64,000 nt of DNA from Styela clava. Its lineage: Eukaryota. Where the stretch lies: assembly GCF_964204865.1 (NCBI RefSeq), contig NC_135261.1, positions 12,400,001 to 12,464,000 on the forward strand. Reading direction: 5' to 3'. Below, piece by piece: positions 1 to 11,825 of the stretch. How positions within the stretch are numbered: the stretch's first letter is position 1; each line of letters begins with the position of its first letter. Under the pieces are notes generated by a model. It was given only the letters and a program-made list of their open reading frames with translations. It ran no database searches and was not told the origin of the DNA. The position numbers were made by a program, and so were the translations under genes.

Positions 1-748
1 AGTTGTCGACGGATATCAAAGAATTCAATCATCCCAATATTCCTAGAGTTGTGTTTTTAGAACTTTTAGACAAAATTTACAAACGTAAAAAATAGTACAA
101 ATCATCTACATGGTCAGACCCATCCGAATCACGACTTACATTTGTCACCATGATTGCACATGCACATATATTTAATAAAGACCTGGGCTTTGAGGAAGTG
201 CTACACAAAATAATTGAAAACCCTTTTTGACTAAATGTGATTGCATTGTTCAATTTCATGTTATTTTTATTTTATTTTACAAATCATTGAGCACGGAAGA
301 TTTTGTTGAAAATATGAATGTTATTTATATAAATAATTTACAAATGAAGAATTTTAGTAATGTTATGAATTTGTCGCATATGACATGGATTATTTTGCAA
401 TGTTAAATTACACTCAAAGGTGGAACGTTGTGAAAAATTGTTTTTGGCTAGTCAAAAAACTTTGAGCGAACAAATTATGGACGCCAATATGACAAATGAA
501 CAATCAATCTTCTTCGAAGTGTTGCTTGCTCTAATTATTGTCAATATTGCCGTTTTCATACCCTTGCCGATTCATTCACTGAGATTCAAAATACCCAATT
601 TTTGTAAAAACTTTGTGTATACACACAATTCAAAACATCATAGTAGTTTTAAATATTAATTGCCAGAAATAGTGCTTTCGTGCTAATTGTTCATCAATTA
701 TCACACAATGTCACTTATCACAATTAGCATGTCTTTTTTCCACCCCTG
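1..748 (+). mobile_element. Possible 3' end of a decayed hAT DNA transposon (left part outside window)
   Basis: Broken plus-strand peptide ESRLTFVTMIAHAHIFNKDLGFEEVLHKII (~126-226) weakly resembles the hAT C-terminal dimerisation region; segment ends in ...TTCCACCCCTG (748), a CAGGGG-type hAT terminus on the minus strand. Confidence 0.3.
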
Positions 749-1401
749 CTCAAGTCAAAGAATCTACTGCCAAACAGCAGCAAGGAGTAGAGGTGGAGGT
801 ATTAATTGTCATTTGAATGACCTCCTACATTGAGTTCAAGATATCTATACATAACTACAGGGTGACCAAAAAATAACCCAGATCCTTTGGAACATATTCT
901 AGAGAAAACACCAACTTTTGTGCGCCCTTTGTTACTGACACTTTTGGGTACAATCATACCCAAACGGAAATTAAAGTGTTAAATTTTCGGGACAAAAATT
1001 GATCAGCTCACCGCATGTCAAAGTGCTTCGCATAAAATTGTAAATGCATCCGTGCAAGGATTTACGAGGAAAAATCTATTTGGATTGTTCTATGTACTCG
1101 TTTTGTATGTAATTTGCATATGTGTGTCAACATTCTTGTACATCCGTAGCAACGGCCATTTCTGGTGTATCTAATCGCTGTGATGGATGTATGCAATTCT
1201 TTTTCAAATATGTTTATTGTTAATTTGTGGCCAGTGTGTATTTAATGGAATTCAATTTATATGTCATTTTTAAAAACAAAACGTAATAATGTGAGCATTG
1301 TTGAAGAATTTTTAATGTGAAGATTTGCACTGACATAGTATAAATTATTGTGTTGAGCTGTTATTGTCACTTTGAAAAATCAAACAATTTTCATGCAACA
1401 C

Positions 1402-1610
1402 CATTTTAATGGACCATCATTATTATATTGGGTTATCGGGCTTAACAAAAACGTGCTGCAGAGTTTAGATCCTGAGATTTTTGGTGATTTTGTTTCTACT
1501 TCAGGATTGCTTTCTGCAAATCGCACCATTCAGAAAAGTATACCTACCTAATCAAAGAAAAACTAAAAACATAATCCCAACCTATACATATTATGATGGT
1601 CCTCAAAATG
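1402..1610. repeat. Short foldback element / MITE
   Basis: CATTTTAATGGACCATCATTATTATATTGGGTTAT pairs imperfectly with the reverse complement of ATAATCCCAACCTATACATATTATGATGGTCCTCAAAATG. Confidence 0.5.
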
Positions 1611-2186
1611 TCATGGGTTATTACTTGAACGGCCATAGATCTCTATAATCTTTAATTTGCTATTCTAATATTGTTTGGTCATTGCCAGAATCTCGATTTC
1701 TATGGTTATATCAGGTTGGGGCAAAAAACATTTTTTTGGCCCATCCATTATATCAACTTAAATAATATATCCTTAGTCATATTGTATTGTCATTTTTGAC
1801 CATGTGTACCTCTATATTTGTTTAAAAATATTATTTTATCCGATTTTAGCATGAATCTGACATGTGATCAAGTTTTAAATGAGAAAATTGAGCAAATAAT
1901 TAAATAGTAAACCAGGTGCTTGTGTATGGGAAAAAAACTTATCATCAGCACAGCGGTGGACGCGTTGTTTGAAGATGGTTATATCCATACATTACTCTTC
2001 AGGCACAATTTACAGTAGTTATATATGTTTATATTAATTCTCACGCGGCTGCCGGGAGTCGTGCTCCAGTTGTGTTGCCAGTAACAGGGTCCATGGCTTG
2101 TGGTGCTGTAGTGTTTCAAGGACGCGCCCCGAGATGAGTTTCAGGTCAATCGCTCCAGAACTAACACTAGGTTGCAGATATGTACG

Positions 2187-4877
2187 CAGGGCCGGATTTA
2201 TCATAGGATAGGATAAAATTCACATATTTATCCCGGGGGAGAGGAAAGTTGATAAGACGACTTAATCATATGGCGAACCACGGCCTCTCATCCGGTTACC
2301 AGGTCGGGTATGGGATTAGTTAGCCAGTTATTTGTTTTTGGAAGCATGGACTTTGGCGGTGGAGAAGCCGTAACCGACCAGCGGTTATGTGAACCCCCCA
2401 CGGCGCCGAGGAGTCCAGCAATTCTCTCGCACATGATCATCCCCGCATGGGATTCGAACCTGCGATCCCACGAAGGGTAATCAGAGATGCGGTGGCGAGC
2501 GTATTCCTAACACGATGCGCCACACCGCCGATCATTAGGCCAAGGCGCCTCGATATTCAATTTTGGTCTAATATTCATTTTTAAGACGTTTTCAAATTTC
2601 CGGAATGAACCGGTTCGAAATTTAATACCAGCTTTATAATGCTTGTCCCCAACATTACCCATTTGAAAGGTTTGAAAATTTCTATCTCTATGGCCTTGAA
2701 AAGAAAATGTGCTAGTTAGATTAATTGAACAGTTTTTCCCTAGAATGACTTTTTTTAAAAAAAACGAGCTTAGATATAAGTAGTTTCAAAGCAATTGGTT
2801 TAAGAGAAAAGTGATTTTTTCACAGCGACATCACAACACCAGAACGGTCCATAGGTCCACATCCTAGGTTGACGAGTGTTTCCTACCAAGCGTTTTCAAA
2901 GTAAAACTTGCGTCAATCAGTCCAGCGACGGTTATATAATGATTTCTCATGAAGCACCTCTCATAAGAAACCAGTTGAGATCACGTACTTTTACATTATT
3001 ATGTAAAACTCGCTGAAGCAGTCAGTAAGTAATTCAGCTTCAAATAAAAAATCTCAATTGAATTTTTACGAAAAATGGGCAATGAAGAGCTATAGTGAAA
3101 GATTATGATGGTGCTGTGCCAAAATTTGACCAATCAAGGTTAGTATAACTTACATGAGGAATGTAGTCTTGAAAACAAATCTTAATGTTGCCATTTAGAC
3201 CTATGCCGATATGACTTTTCTGCTGTAGCAGGAATTAGAAATGAAAATCAACAAGGTTTGCGAATCTGCTTGACAATGACGAAAACTCGCTTTAATTTTT
3301 TAATATATCAAACACAGACAGGTCCGGATCAGGGCCTTTGGGGGCCTAAACGATTAAGACTTGGTGTATATGACAAAAATGGGAATCTAACTAGTGTTTC
3401 GTGTTATCTGAAATTAAATAGGTAAGTTCCAGTAATCGATATTGATTGATTAAGGCCAAATTATGATTAGCTTACATGATATTTTTTGGAAATAGTTCTC
3501 ATAACAACTTTGGGGGTACCTTCTTGTTTTTGGTAAAGGATGCGCTGTGAAATTGATTCATATTAGCTGTTATTTTTGCTGATATTGTTGCATTTTACTG
3601 TGATATTTATATACTGTGCTATTTTTGTATTTGCCTGTGTGATATGATTTCTTTTTGCTATTTGATATTGATGGTCTGGTGTACTAAACAATTTCTTTTT
3701 ATCATGGGTACAAGCATCTATAATAGTATAGATTCAAGGTCTTGAAAATATAAATTTTAATTTGATAATGACAGAACTTGTTATGTTCTTAAACGTGGAG
3801 AAATTTGATTCATACTAAAGTCTTTGTTCGAATTTTTGGAAAAACTAACTTTGTTTTCGTAATTTTAACTGAAATGGGAGTAAAACTCCGAAATCGGGGT
3901 AAAATCATGAGGGTTATTGCTATAGTCACAGTCAATCAATTCTAGAAGAAATCGAGATGTTTTACATCATCAATATTAGTGATTTTCAAAAAAATGGTTA
4001 TGTTTCTGGCATCTGATCATAACCTAATCTCCCTCTAAGGAGTACTGTAAGGTGGCTGTCTCGTCATTTTGCTATAAAAGCGCTTGTAATAAACTATGAT
4101 GTATACTTATTGAATACTGCAAAGAACAATAAATTCGTGATCCAGTGGCAGTTTTCTGCTTTGAAAAACTGGAATGCAAATCAAAGCTAATTTGTTTGTG
4201 CTAAACGATATTTTTTTATAAGAGCTTGCAGATTTATCAAGGGCATTTTAAAAAAAGCGATATCACTCCAAGCACAAGCAGTCACTCACAGCAAGATTGC
4301 CAAGCTTCAGACGCATCATTTGAGTGAACACAAACACTGGAATATGACTGCCCAAGAGTTGATAAATTGAGCAACATTAACTATGGAAAAATTACCTCCA
4401 GTAGTCAGATTTATTGAAAGACTCTGTACTCACTTGAAAGACCTATCTTCAGATGATAACAAAGTATCTTTTTGGTGCATATTTAACTGCAGCCACACGA
4501 AAAACAAGCCGATTTTTATTTTGACTTCAATGAATTAGGAAAGCTCTGTAGGCAGGCAATTCAGCTCACTCTTACACTGCTTGCCGGCCTTGGGCATGAA
4601 AGCGATAACAAGAATGCCTACAATGATTTCAAGTTTTTGGCAGAGGAAATTTTCGAAGCAAGTGGCAGCGTTGGATTGAGTAACTTGGTCAAAATCTGTT
4701 TTAGGCGTGTCAAAGTTTCAAATTTCTCCTTTAAATATGCTCTTCCTTCCAATCCTACAGTGCCGACTGTGAACGAGGGTACAGGCTCATGAACAGAATT
4801 TAGACAAAGAACAGGCATAGGCTGGAGTCATATCATCTGAACCACCCAATTTTGGCCTAATGGTTAATCCAGCCCTG
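2187..4877 (+). mobile_element. Decayed hAT transposon (ZNF862-like transposase remnants), left TIR split by a SINE
   Basis: With the SINE removed the left end reads CAGGGCCGGATTTATCATTAGGCCAA; the reverse complement of the right end reads CAGGGCTGGATTAACCATTAGGCCAA. Internal frameshifted peptide STVRWLSRHFAIKALVINYD / LIEYCKEQ..DPVA from 4041 carries the hAT RW motif. No matching 8-bp TSD remains. Confidence 0.7.
2205..2530 (-). mobile_element. tRNA-derived SINE, full-length copy
   Basis: Minus strand: A box TGGCGCATCGTG, B box GGTTCGAATCCC, variable-arm-like hairpin CCCTTCGTGGG, (ATCCT)n tail; ATCAT direct repeat on both sides (2200-2204, 2531-2535); homologous to copies at 40097 and 53211. 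Confidence 0.9.
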
Positions 4878-5035
4878 AACACAGGCACACACCAATGTTT
4901 GTCGAATATATTATTTAAAAACATTTGGTCTAACCCCTAGAAAAAAGATTATTGCGCTAGACTGGGCTTAGCTCTCTAAATTTACGCTAATGTCAGAAGA
5001 TCGCATGAAATCCACATGTGTCGACAAATGTTACA

Positions 5036-5326
5036 AGATCAACTGTATCATGTTGATAGGTATTTGTCTGTTAGACACTTTTGTATGTTACGCAATATCT
5101 CACGAAAGAGAAGTTGAATATTGAATATTTTGCATGTGCACTCATCATATCTTGGACCAGAAGCCTATTGATTTTGGATGAATTATACTGTATAATTAGC
5201 GAGTTATAAATTAATTAGTGATGGGACACACGGTAAGGACGGATGAATCAAAACCGCAGTTTCTGTTTTGGGAGATCCCCTAACTTTCGATCGATAAGTC
5301 TTCGGTCTCTGACCGATATTCTCGTT
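5036..5326 (-). mobile_element. Helentron-associated (HINE/DINE-1-like) non-autonomous element, copy 1
   Basis: Reverse-complement homology over ~280 bp to 8205-8501; 3' hairpin degenerate in this copy. Confidence 0.7.
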
Positions 5327-6202
5327 CAGCATTTATTAGGGCTTAATTCTTTCTGTGTGTAAGCTGTAGGTTATTCATTACGATTGCTATTTTAATTCTT
5401 AATGAGGTTGGCATGGTAATGCTTATTTTGAACGTTAAATACGCAATAACTGAAACATTAATTATTTATAACTCTGCACGTATGTGAAACGATTTTTTCT
5501 AACCCCTTCCAAGATTAAAGATAAAATAATACTATAACGCCAAATATATTTACTTTTCCCGATCTTGTCGGCTTAAAATTTTTTCAGGTTTCGATTCACT
5601 TGGCATTAATAAACTGGTGCTTAATGAACCACTAAAATTCTTTTTAGTTTCAATAGCTCTTGATATTTCAGTGATTGCATGTAACAATGCCCAGAGGTGA
5701 GCAAACGCGTGACTTTGCATTAATCATATAATGTTCAAAATTCAAACACTGGCACCATCTAAAACACCAACTTCGGCTCTCATATTTTCAAATTTTCTCT
5801 TATGCTCTGACTAAAATAAATAAGTAATTACAACCCATATCTGACTCAAATAACGACCAAATATTAAAAGCCTTATACCACAGAATGGTCTATGATGCTT
5901 ATGGATAGCATCCCGTTTTCTTATAAAATAGGAAGGGAACCTATGAATCGCTATGCTATTGCTGTTGTTCTTGAGCAAATATTGCTTGATGACACACAGT
6001 CAATCGATCTCAAATACTCAGCTAGGAGGCTACCACTTTTTCGATCCGATCTCTTCAGCAAACACAGTGCTAAACTAGTGGAGTGGAATATTTTTAGACA
6101 CAAGTGGGTTGTTTCGCCAAATATAGTTATTCTTAGGATTTTTGTTGTGAGTAATTGGGAATCTTTTTGTACAAAGCCCCTAAGTCAAAGATGTCAGATT
6201 TG

Positions 6203-6363
6203 AGAAAAACACCTCCGCTACGTTTTAAAATAAAAAATTAGTAATATGCAGTTAGGGTTAGAAATGATTTAAAAATTTGAATTTCCAGCGCAATCTACAT
6301 TCCTAACCCTGAATGTATAATTACTTATTTTATTATCTTGAGCGTTATCGGGGGTGTTTTTTC
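6203..6363. repeat. Foldback MITE with long imperfect TIRs containing (T)AGGGTTAG
   Basis: GAAAAACACCTCCG...AGGGTTAGAAAT pairs with the reverse complement of ATTCCTAACCCTG...CGGGGGTGTTTTTTC over ~60 bp. Confidence 0.6.
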
Positions 6364-6770
6364 GCCTTCGTACAAAAGATCCGAAAATAGCTTTTCTTCG
6401 CGACTAATGAATTTTGCTGTTGTTTGTTGTACATCAAGTAGAAATCTTCATATGAAAACTGGTACTCGGATTCATATTACATTGGAACAAGTCGAGATGT
6501 TGCAGATATATACTGCGATACTGTATCAACATTTGGACACTCATTTTGGTTCGATTTGTAGCCTACCCGATTGAGATTGTGATGATAGTAATTAAATCTT
6601 GAATCATTAGCTCATTTGAAATAAATATGTAATGAGGATAAACACGATATTAGCGACGGTAATATCTTTTTATTGCTTTCCTTCAGCACCTGTTGCATAG
6701 ATTTCTAAGCACAAGGCGCATAATCCGTCAGTGAAGACAAGCGCTCTTGCGATACATAAATAAATGAAAA

Positions 6771-7940
6771 ATGTTCTTTTCAAATTTGTTTAATCTCGGT
6801 GAGGTTCACCCGTCTGAGATTCATTTCACTGTAGATAGATTTGCTATTTACGTGTCAGAAATCGAAACAACAAATAGAATGAATTTCACCGCTATGAAGG
6901 CAATTCAAGAAAGTACGATGCAGGTTGATGCTCAAGTGTCAGAAATCGAAACAACGAATAATATGAATTTCACCGCTATCATGGACATTCACGAGAGTAC
7001 GTCTGAGGTTGATGCTAAAAACTATACAAAGTCTTATTTTTCTAACAACTCTACTTTGACTTACTCGCTTCATATGTCGTTGAGGGCTGTGCTAACAATA
7101 GTCTGTGGATATCTCCTGGTTAACAGGGTGTCAATCTTTATGAAAGAAGGACATAACAGAAATAAGAATGCCTGGAACAAATGGAGCAAATTATCTACAA
7201 TTACCGCAATTGCTTGTCATGTACTGTCAGGTATAAGCTCTTGCACAAGCCTCACTCTGGATTATTATTTCATAGACTGTTGCGATGTCTTCAAATCCTT
7301 TACGGTCGTTTTATTCGGTCTTGTTAACATGGCAGTACTGGTGTCAATATGGTGTACACAGCGAATAATTTATACCAATTCATTTTTGGATCCACTAACG
7401 AACAAATTTACAAAGTTCCTGAGCAAATCATCTGCAATTTGGATCTTGTCGTATCCGATATTAATCGCGATGGTATTACATGCCGTGATAGGTTCATCCA
7501 CTTGCCTCGAGAAAGGATCGTCTCCGGGAATTCGACAATCGACCGTGTTTATGGGTGTTGTAAGAATTTTTGAGAAGTCAACTATTTTCGGCTTGCTCTT
7601 TTTTCCTATGATCAAGCATTGGTACAACAGGCAGAATAGCACGACAAATATAATATCGCCTGTGATTCCAATTATAAAACGCTATTTGAAGGTATGTGTT
7701 GCTTTGGTAGTCATTAAGACCATTTTCACTATTATGTCTGTAACGTTAGGCGCGTATGAATGGTATGACTCCACATCAACCACATTTGTTAACCAAACCC
7801 TCAACGTAATTGCATGCGTATTCACTTTCTACGAATGGAAAACTGTTTTGTTCTCATGTAAGAAACATTCGCGAGTTGACCCAACCGATATTCCCATGAA
7901 AACACTTCATCGACCTTACCCCCTACCAGCATTGGCATGA
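6771..7940 (+). CDS. Intronless orphan 7-transmembrane (GPCR-like) protein, 389 aa
   Basis: Long ATG-TGA ORF in AT-rich DNA; Ser/Thr-rich N-terminus with N-x-S/T sequons; seven hydrophobic segments; Cys at start of TM3 (CCDVF) and in ECL2 (STCLE); WCTQRIIY at TM3 end in place of DRY; LFFPM in TM5. Confidence 0.8.
   Translation: MFFSNLFNLGEVHPSEIHFTVDRFAIYVSEIETTNRMNFTAMKAIQESTMQVDAQVSEIETTNNMNFTAIMDIHESTSEVDAKNYTKSYFSNNSTLTYSLHMSLRAVLTIVCGYLLVNRVSIFMKEGHNRNKNAWNKWSKLSTITAIACHVLSGISSCTSLTLDYYFIDCCDVFKSFTVVLFGLVNMAVLVSIWCTQRIIYTNSFLDPLTNKFTKFLSKSSAIWILSYPILIAMVLHAVIGSSTCLEKGSSPGIRQSTVFMGVVRIFEKSTIFGLLFFPMIKHWYNRQNSTTNIISPVIPIIKRYLKVCVALVVIKTIFTIMSVTLGAYEWYDSTSTTFVNQTLNVIACVFTFYEWKTVLFSCKKHSRVDPTDIPMKTLHRPYPLPALA
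6852..7019 (+). repeat. In-frame 84-bp (28-aa) tandem duplication in the receptor N-terminus
   Basis: VSEIETTNRMNFTAMKAIQESTMQVDAQ / VSEIETTNNMNFTAIMDIHESTSEVDAK, also matching at DNA level. Confidence 0.95.
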
Positions 7941-8204
7941 TGTTTCCTCAAATAAATTAGGATTTCCGTCTTTTTTCCAGTGAGCTTTCTTAGTTCTTTC
8001 AATATAATATGACGACCTAACGGACTTTTTCCTCTTAAAAGGTACGAGTCCGCTATGGAATAGATAGCCGAAATTTAGTATGTTTTGATATCATTAGCAC
8101 TGGAGTCGTAATTTCGAATTCGTTTAAATCCGATTGTAATAGTTGAAGTCAGAATTTCCGAGACTCAAAATGTTCGAGTTGACTAAGCATTCTAAACAGA
8201 CAAT

Positions 8205-8501
8205 CAAACGAGAATATCGCTCAGAGACCGAAGACTTATCGATCGAAAGTTTGGGATTCCCCAAAACAGTGCTCCTACTCCATAGTGACACCTTGTGTCC
8301 CATCACTAATTAACTCGCTAATTATACGACATAATTCATCCAAAATCAATAGGCTTCTGGTCCGAGATATGATTGCTCATGCAAAATTTGGAGCAGATTC
8401 AACCTCGCCTTCGTGAAATATCGCGTTCATCTAACAGACAAACAAACAAACAGACAGACAAATACCTATCAACATACTTACCGATCTTAAGATCGATAAG
8501 T
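8205..8501 (+). mobile_element. Helentron-associated (HINE/DINE-1-like) non-autonomous element, copy 2
   Basis: 5' sub-terminal ACTTATCGATC, internal (AAAC)n/(AGAC)n microsatellite, 3' hairpin ACTTACCGATC-TTAA-GATCGATAAGT whose right arm is the inverted repeat of the 5' motif. Confidence 0.75.
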
Positions 8502-10380
8502 ATAATTAATTATGTGAAGTTTGGATATTTATTTTTTATCGCTTAATAGTCAACTAACTTTACTTAGTATAGAGAGATTGAAGTGCACTAAACACTCAGT
8601 TTAAGATTAATTTAGATAATTGATTATACAAAAGTAATTTGAAAAAGCCTTCATTGAAACAGAAAGAAACGGTTTGACTAATGTGTAAACGATAATACAA
8701 AGATTATATTCATTACGAGTTTAGAGCTACGGAAATAGAGGATCATTGACTAATTTTAACAATCATTGTTTTTTCGATACGCTTGAAGTTTTTGTCTATC
8801 TCTTTTAATTCCTGTTCAATGATTGGTTTTCAAACAATCTAACAATCATATTAATGGCGGCTAAATATTTTATTCAAAAAGTTTAATCTGCATTAAAATT
8901 AAAATAACGATTGACTGACAAAACATTTTTCGATGTCAGTCATTAAGAACGCTGTTGATTATGCGATCAGAGAAAAATGGTTCATTTATAGCAAAAATCG
9001 GAGTACATGAAAATAGTTAATGTGTACCTCATTACTTTTCACCACTTATTGTTAATAGTGCATGTCATTTGCCTGAAACAAGGTCGTTGCTCGATTTCAT
9101 TTGCCATATTAGATTTTTTCTATGCAACATTTTATGCAAAAAGTTGATGACGTATTTTCCCTCGCCCAAGTGATGCTTGTCTTTGTTTCATGGTTCTTTG
9201 TTAGTCGAAAATTTGGTTTCACCCCATATAGTTGCGTTGAGATTTTGGGTGTATTTCGTTATCTGTTATTTGGATCAATTCGATTGTGCAACTTTAAAAT
9301 ATACCAATATTTGGCATCAAAATCTTTTGTGTGCTCATATAACCTCTGAAGGAGTCAATCGGGTTTGCTCGAAATATCGAACGAATAAAGGCAATTGCAA
9401 TGAATTATCCGGATATCGAGTTTGAAATGTGACAATATGAGAAAGAAAACGGAAAACTTATTGTTGGGGTACCAATAAGTTTTTGTTTTATTCGAGTTTG
9501 GTCAATGAATGATGGATGATGGCCAGCAAAAGTTCTCCACATATATTCCAAATTTACAAATGTACGGGAAATGAGAATCATGTTCATCTAACCACAAATG
9601 TTCTAACTGGACAGTCTTAAGACTTAGGCGACTTGTAAACAAAAGATAGAAATGATGTAGAACAGAGTAAAACCACACGGAGACACAAAAAAAAATCTTC
9701 CGTGGAATCGTAAGCACGTGCATGAGCTACTGGGAGTTCATTGCGAGCCTAGACGCCGAGATGATATATATGCTTAGAATTCGATAAATCTTTTCGAATT
9801 GTTGGTAAATATTCATCGATCACAAATCAAGAGGAGTCATGATTTGTCTCCCAAAAAGCATCAGACTGTTGTTCATCGTAACGTACGTTTGACCGTCATT
9901 TACAAAAAAGCAGTGGGTTGGAACGGGTTCTGAAATTCCGCTTTCAGAATATCATAGTATTCAGCGAACCCGTTCTTGTTTTTTCGTTTTGTTTTGTTTT
10001 AAAGGTTATATGAGCAAATCAAGTAGGTAACATACGCTGCAAATGATGACCAGCGTTATATTCTAGGTTTCGATAATAGGTATGTATTTTATTAATCTAA
10101 TATTGCCATTTTAATGTAGCTGATGTGGTGCAGAAATAAAAGCAAGCAAGCACCTTGGCACTCGAGATTTTGTTTCTTTGTGCTGTTATTTACTAGGTTC
10201 AACATGGGTCATGCGATTATTTTTAGTTTCAATATTGGCCTCGTGCCGAGCAAGAGGTTCCAAGTTGAATATTCAACAGGGGTATACTTTGATGCCGAAC
10301 GTTAGATTTTTGATGCAACCTCAAATCCAACGTTTTTTTCTGTTCGAAGTTTTGAAATTACCAATTTGAAGTTATAAGCT

Positions 10381-11825
10381 ATCTAATCTATATATGAAAG
10401 CATCATGAAAATTAAGTAATAGTTTGATTTATTTTTAAAGTCATATTTCAAATGTGAGATATTGATGATTTATAGTTCATTAGATCCTTTGGGTGATGGT
10501 TACATAATCAATAGAATAATTGAAGCTCTTATAATTAGCAATTAGTGTTTTACTTCTTCAGCTATGCAAATACAATAAAATTTAAAGCCAACGACATTTT
10601 GCGCATGTTTTAAATATACTATAATCAGCCCCTTCTCATTACTAAAGAATGAATGCGCAATACCTCTCTACAAATTCCGATTGTTTATTTGCATTGTTAA
10701 ACAAAAAACAGTAATCCCTAAAATTTATTCCTTTTTGGACACGTAGTGGACATAACGATCGTTTTAAAATTTTGTTGTTATTGTTATTATTTGTCTCTGT
10801 CAACACGTTTTGAAGAAATCGCTTTTCTCTTCGAATAATGGGCTTTGAAATTTTCAGTGGTTAAAGATAAAAATTTTCTTCAGAAGGCTATTACTTTTTT
10901 TTTGCTATGACGTCATCAAAATTATGTGACTCTACGTGTCCATATATTTGAGCATAGCTCTCTTATTCTTTTATTCGAAGTTCTTCGTTTTCACACATTT
11001 TCAAATTTTTGTTTCACCAAGACAGTACTGGCCTATTCAACTACCATCAAAATAGGAAGGCAGTTCAAGCAATAAAGTCGAAACTTTTCGGATTATTATA
11101 ACTACGTAAAGTTGCAAACTTCAGAGTCATACTGATAAATATTAGGAACAATGTAGGTCCAACAATTGACCCTTGGGAAACTCCAAAAAATAGTGTATAT
11201 GGCCAGGAGCTCTGGACACCGAGAACAAAATATATTTTGTGATCAGAATTTATATTTGAGTTTTTATTATACTTAAGTTATTGTAATCACTTTTAATCGG
11301 TAACTGCGACTAGGCGTAGACTATTAACAATCTATTCTATATATAAAAGCATCATGAAAATTAAGTAATAGTTAGATAGATTTATTTTCAAAGTCATATT
11401 TTAAATGTGAGATATTGATGATTTATAGTTCATTAGATCCTTTGGGTGATGGTTACATAATTAACAGAATAATTGAAGCTCTTATAATTAGCAATTAGTG
11501 TTTTACTTCTTCAGCTATGCAAATACAATAAAATTTAAAGCCAACGACATTTTGAGCATGTTTTAAATATAATATAATCACCCCCTTATCATTACTAAAG
11601 AATAAATGTGCAATATCTCTCTACAAATTCCGATTGTTTATTTGCATTGTTTAACAAAAACCAGTAATCCCTAAAATTTATTCCTTTTTGGACACGAGGT
11701 GGACATAACGATCGGTTCAATATTTTGTGATCAGAATTTATATTTGAGTTTATTATTATATTTAAGTTATAGTAATCACTTTTGTTTTAATCGGTAACTG
11801 CGACTAGACGTAGGCTATTAACAAT
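10381..11825 (+). repeat. Two head-to-tail ~495-bp units (Helitron-like); first unit carries a ~470-bp insertion
   Basis: 10381-~10765 plus ~11234-11330 match 11331-11825; units start TCTA(A/T)TCTATATAT(G/A)AAAG and end with a short hairpin followed by CTATT. Confidence 0.75.
11133..11230 (-). pseudogene. Decayed LINE reverse-transcriptase fragment
   Basis: Minus strand encodes GVSQGSIVGPTLFLIFI, the non-LTR RT 'GVPQGS.LGP.LF' motif; no surrounding ORF. Confidence 0.7.

Noticed and set aside
856-885. Tc1/mariner-like end TACAGGGTGACC
   Set aside because: No matching second terminus found.
2440-2530. tRNA gene (GGTTCGAATCCC, minus strand)
   Set aside because: It is the head of a multi-copy SINE; no convincing cloverleaf or oligo-T terminator.
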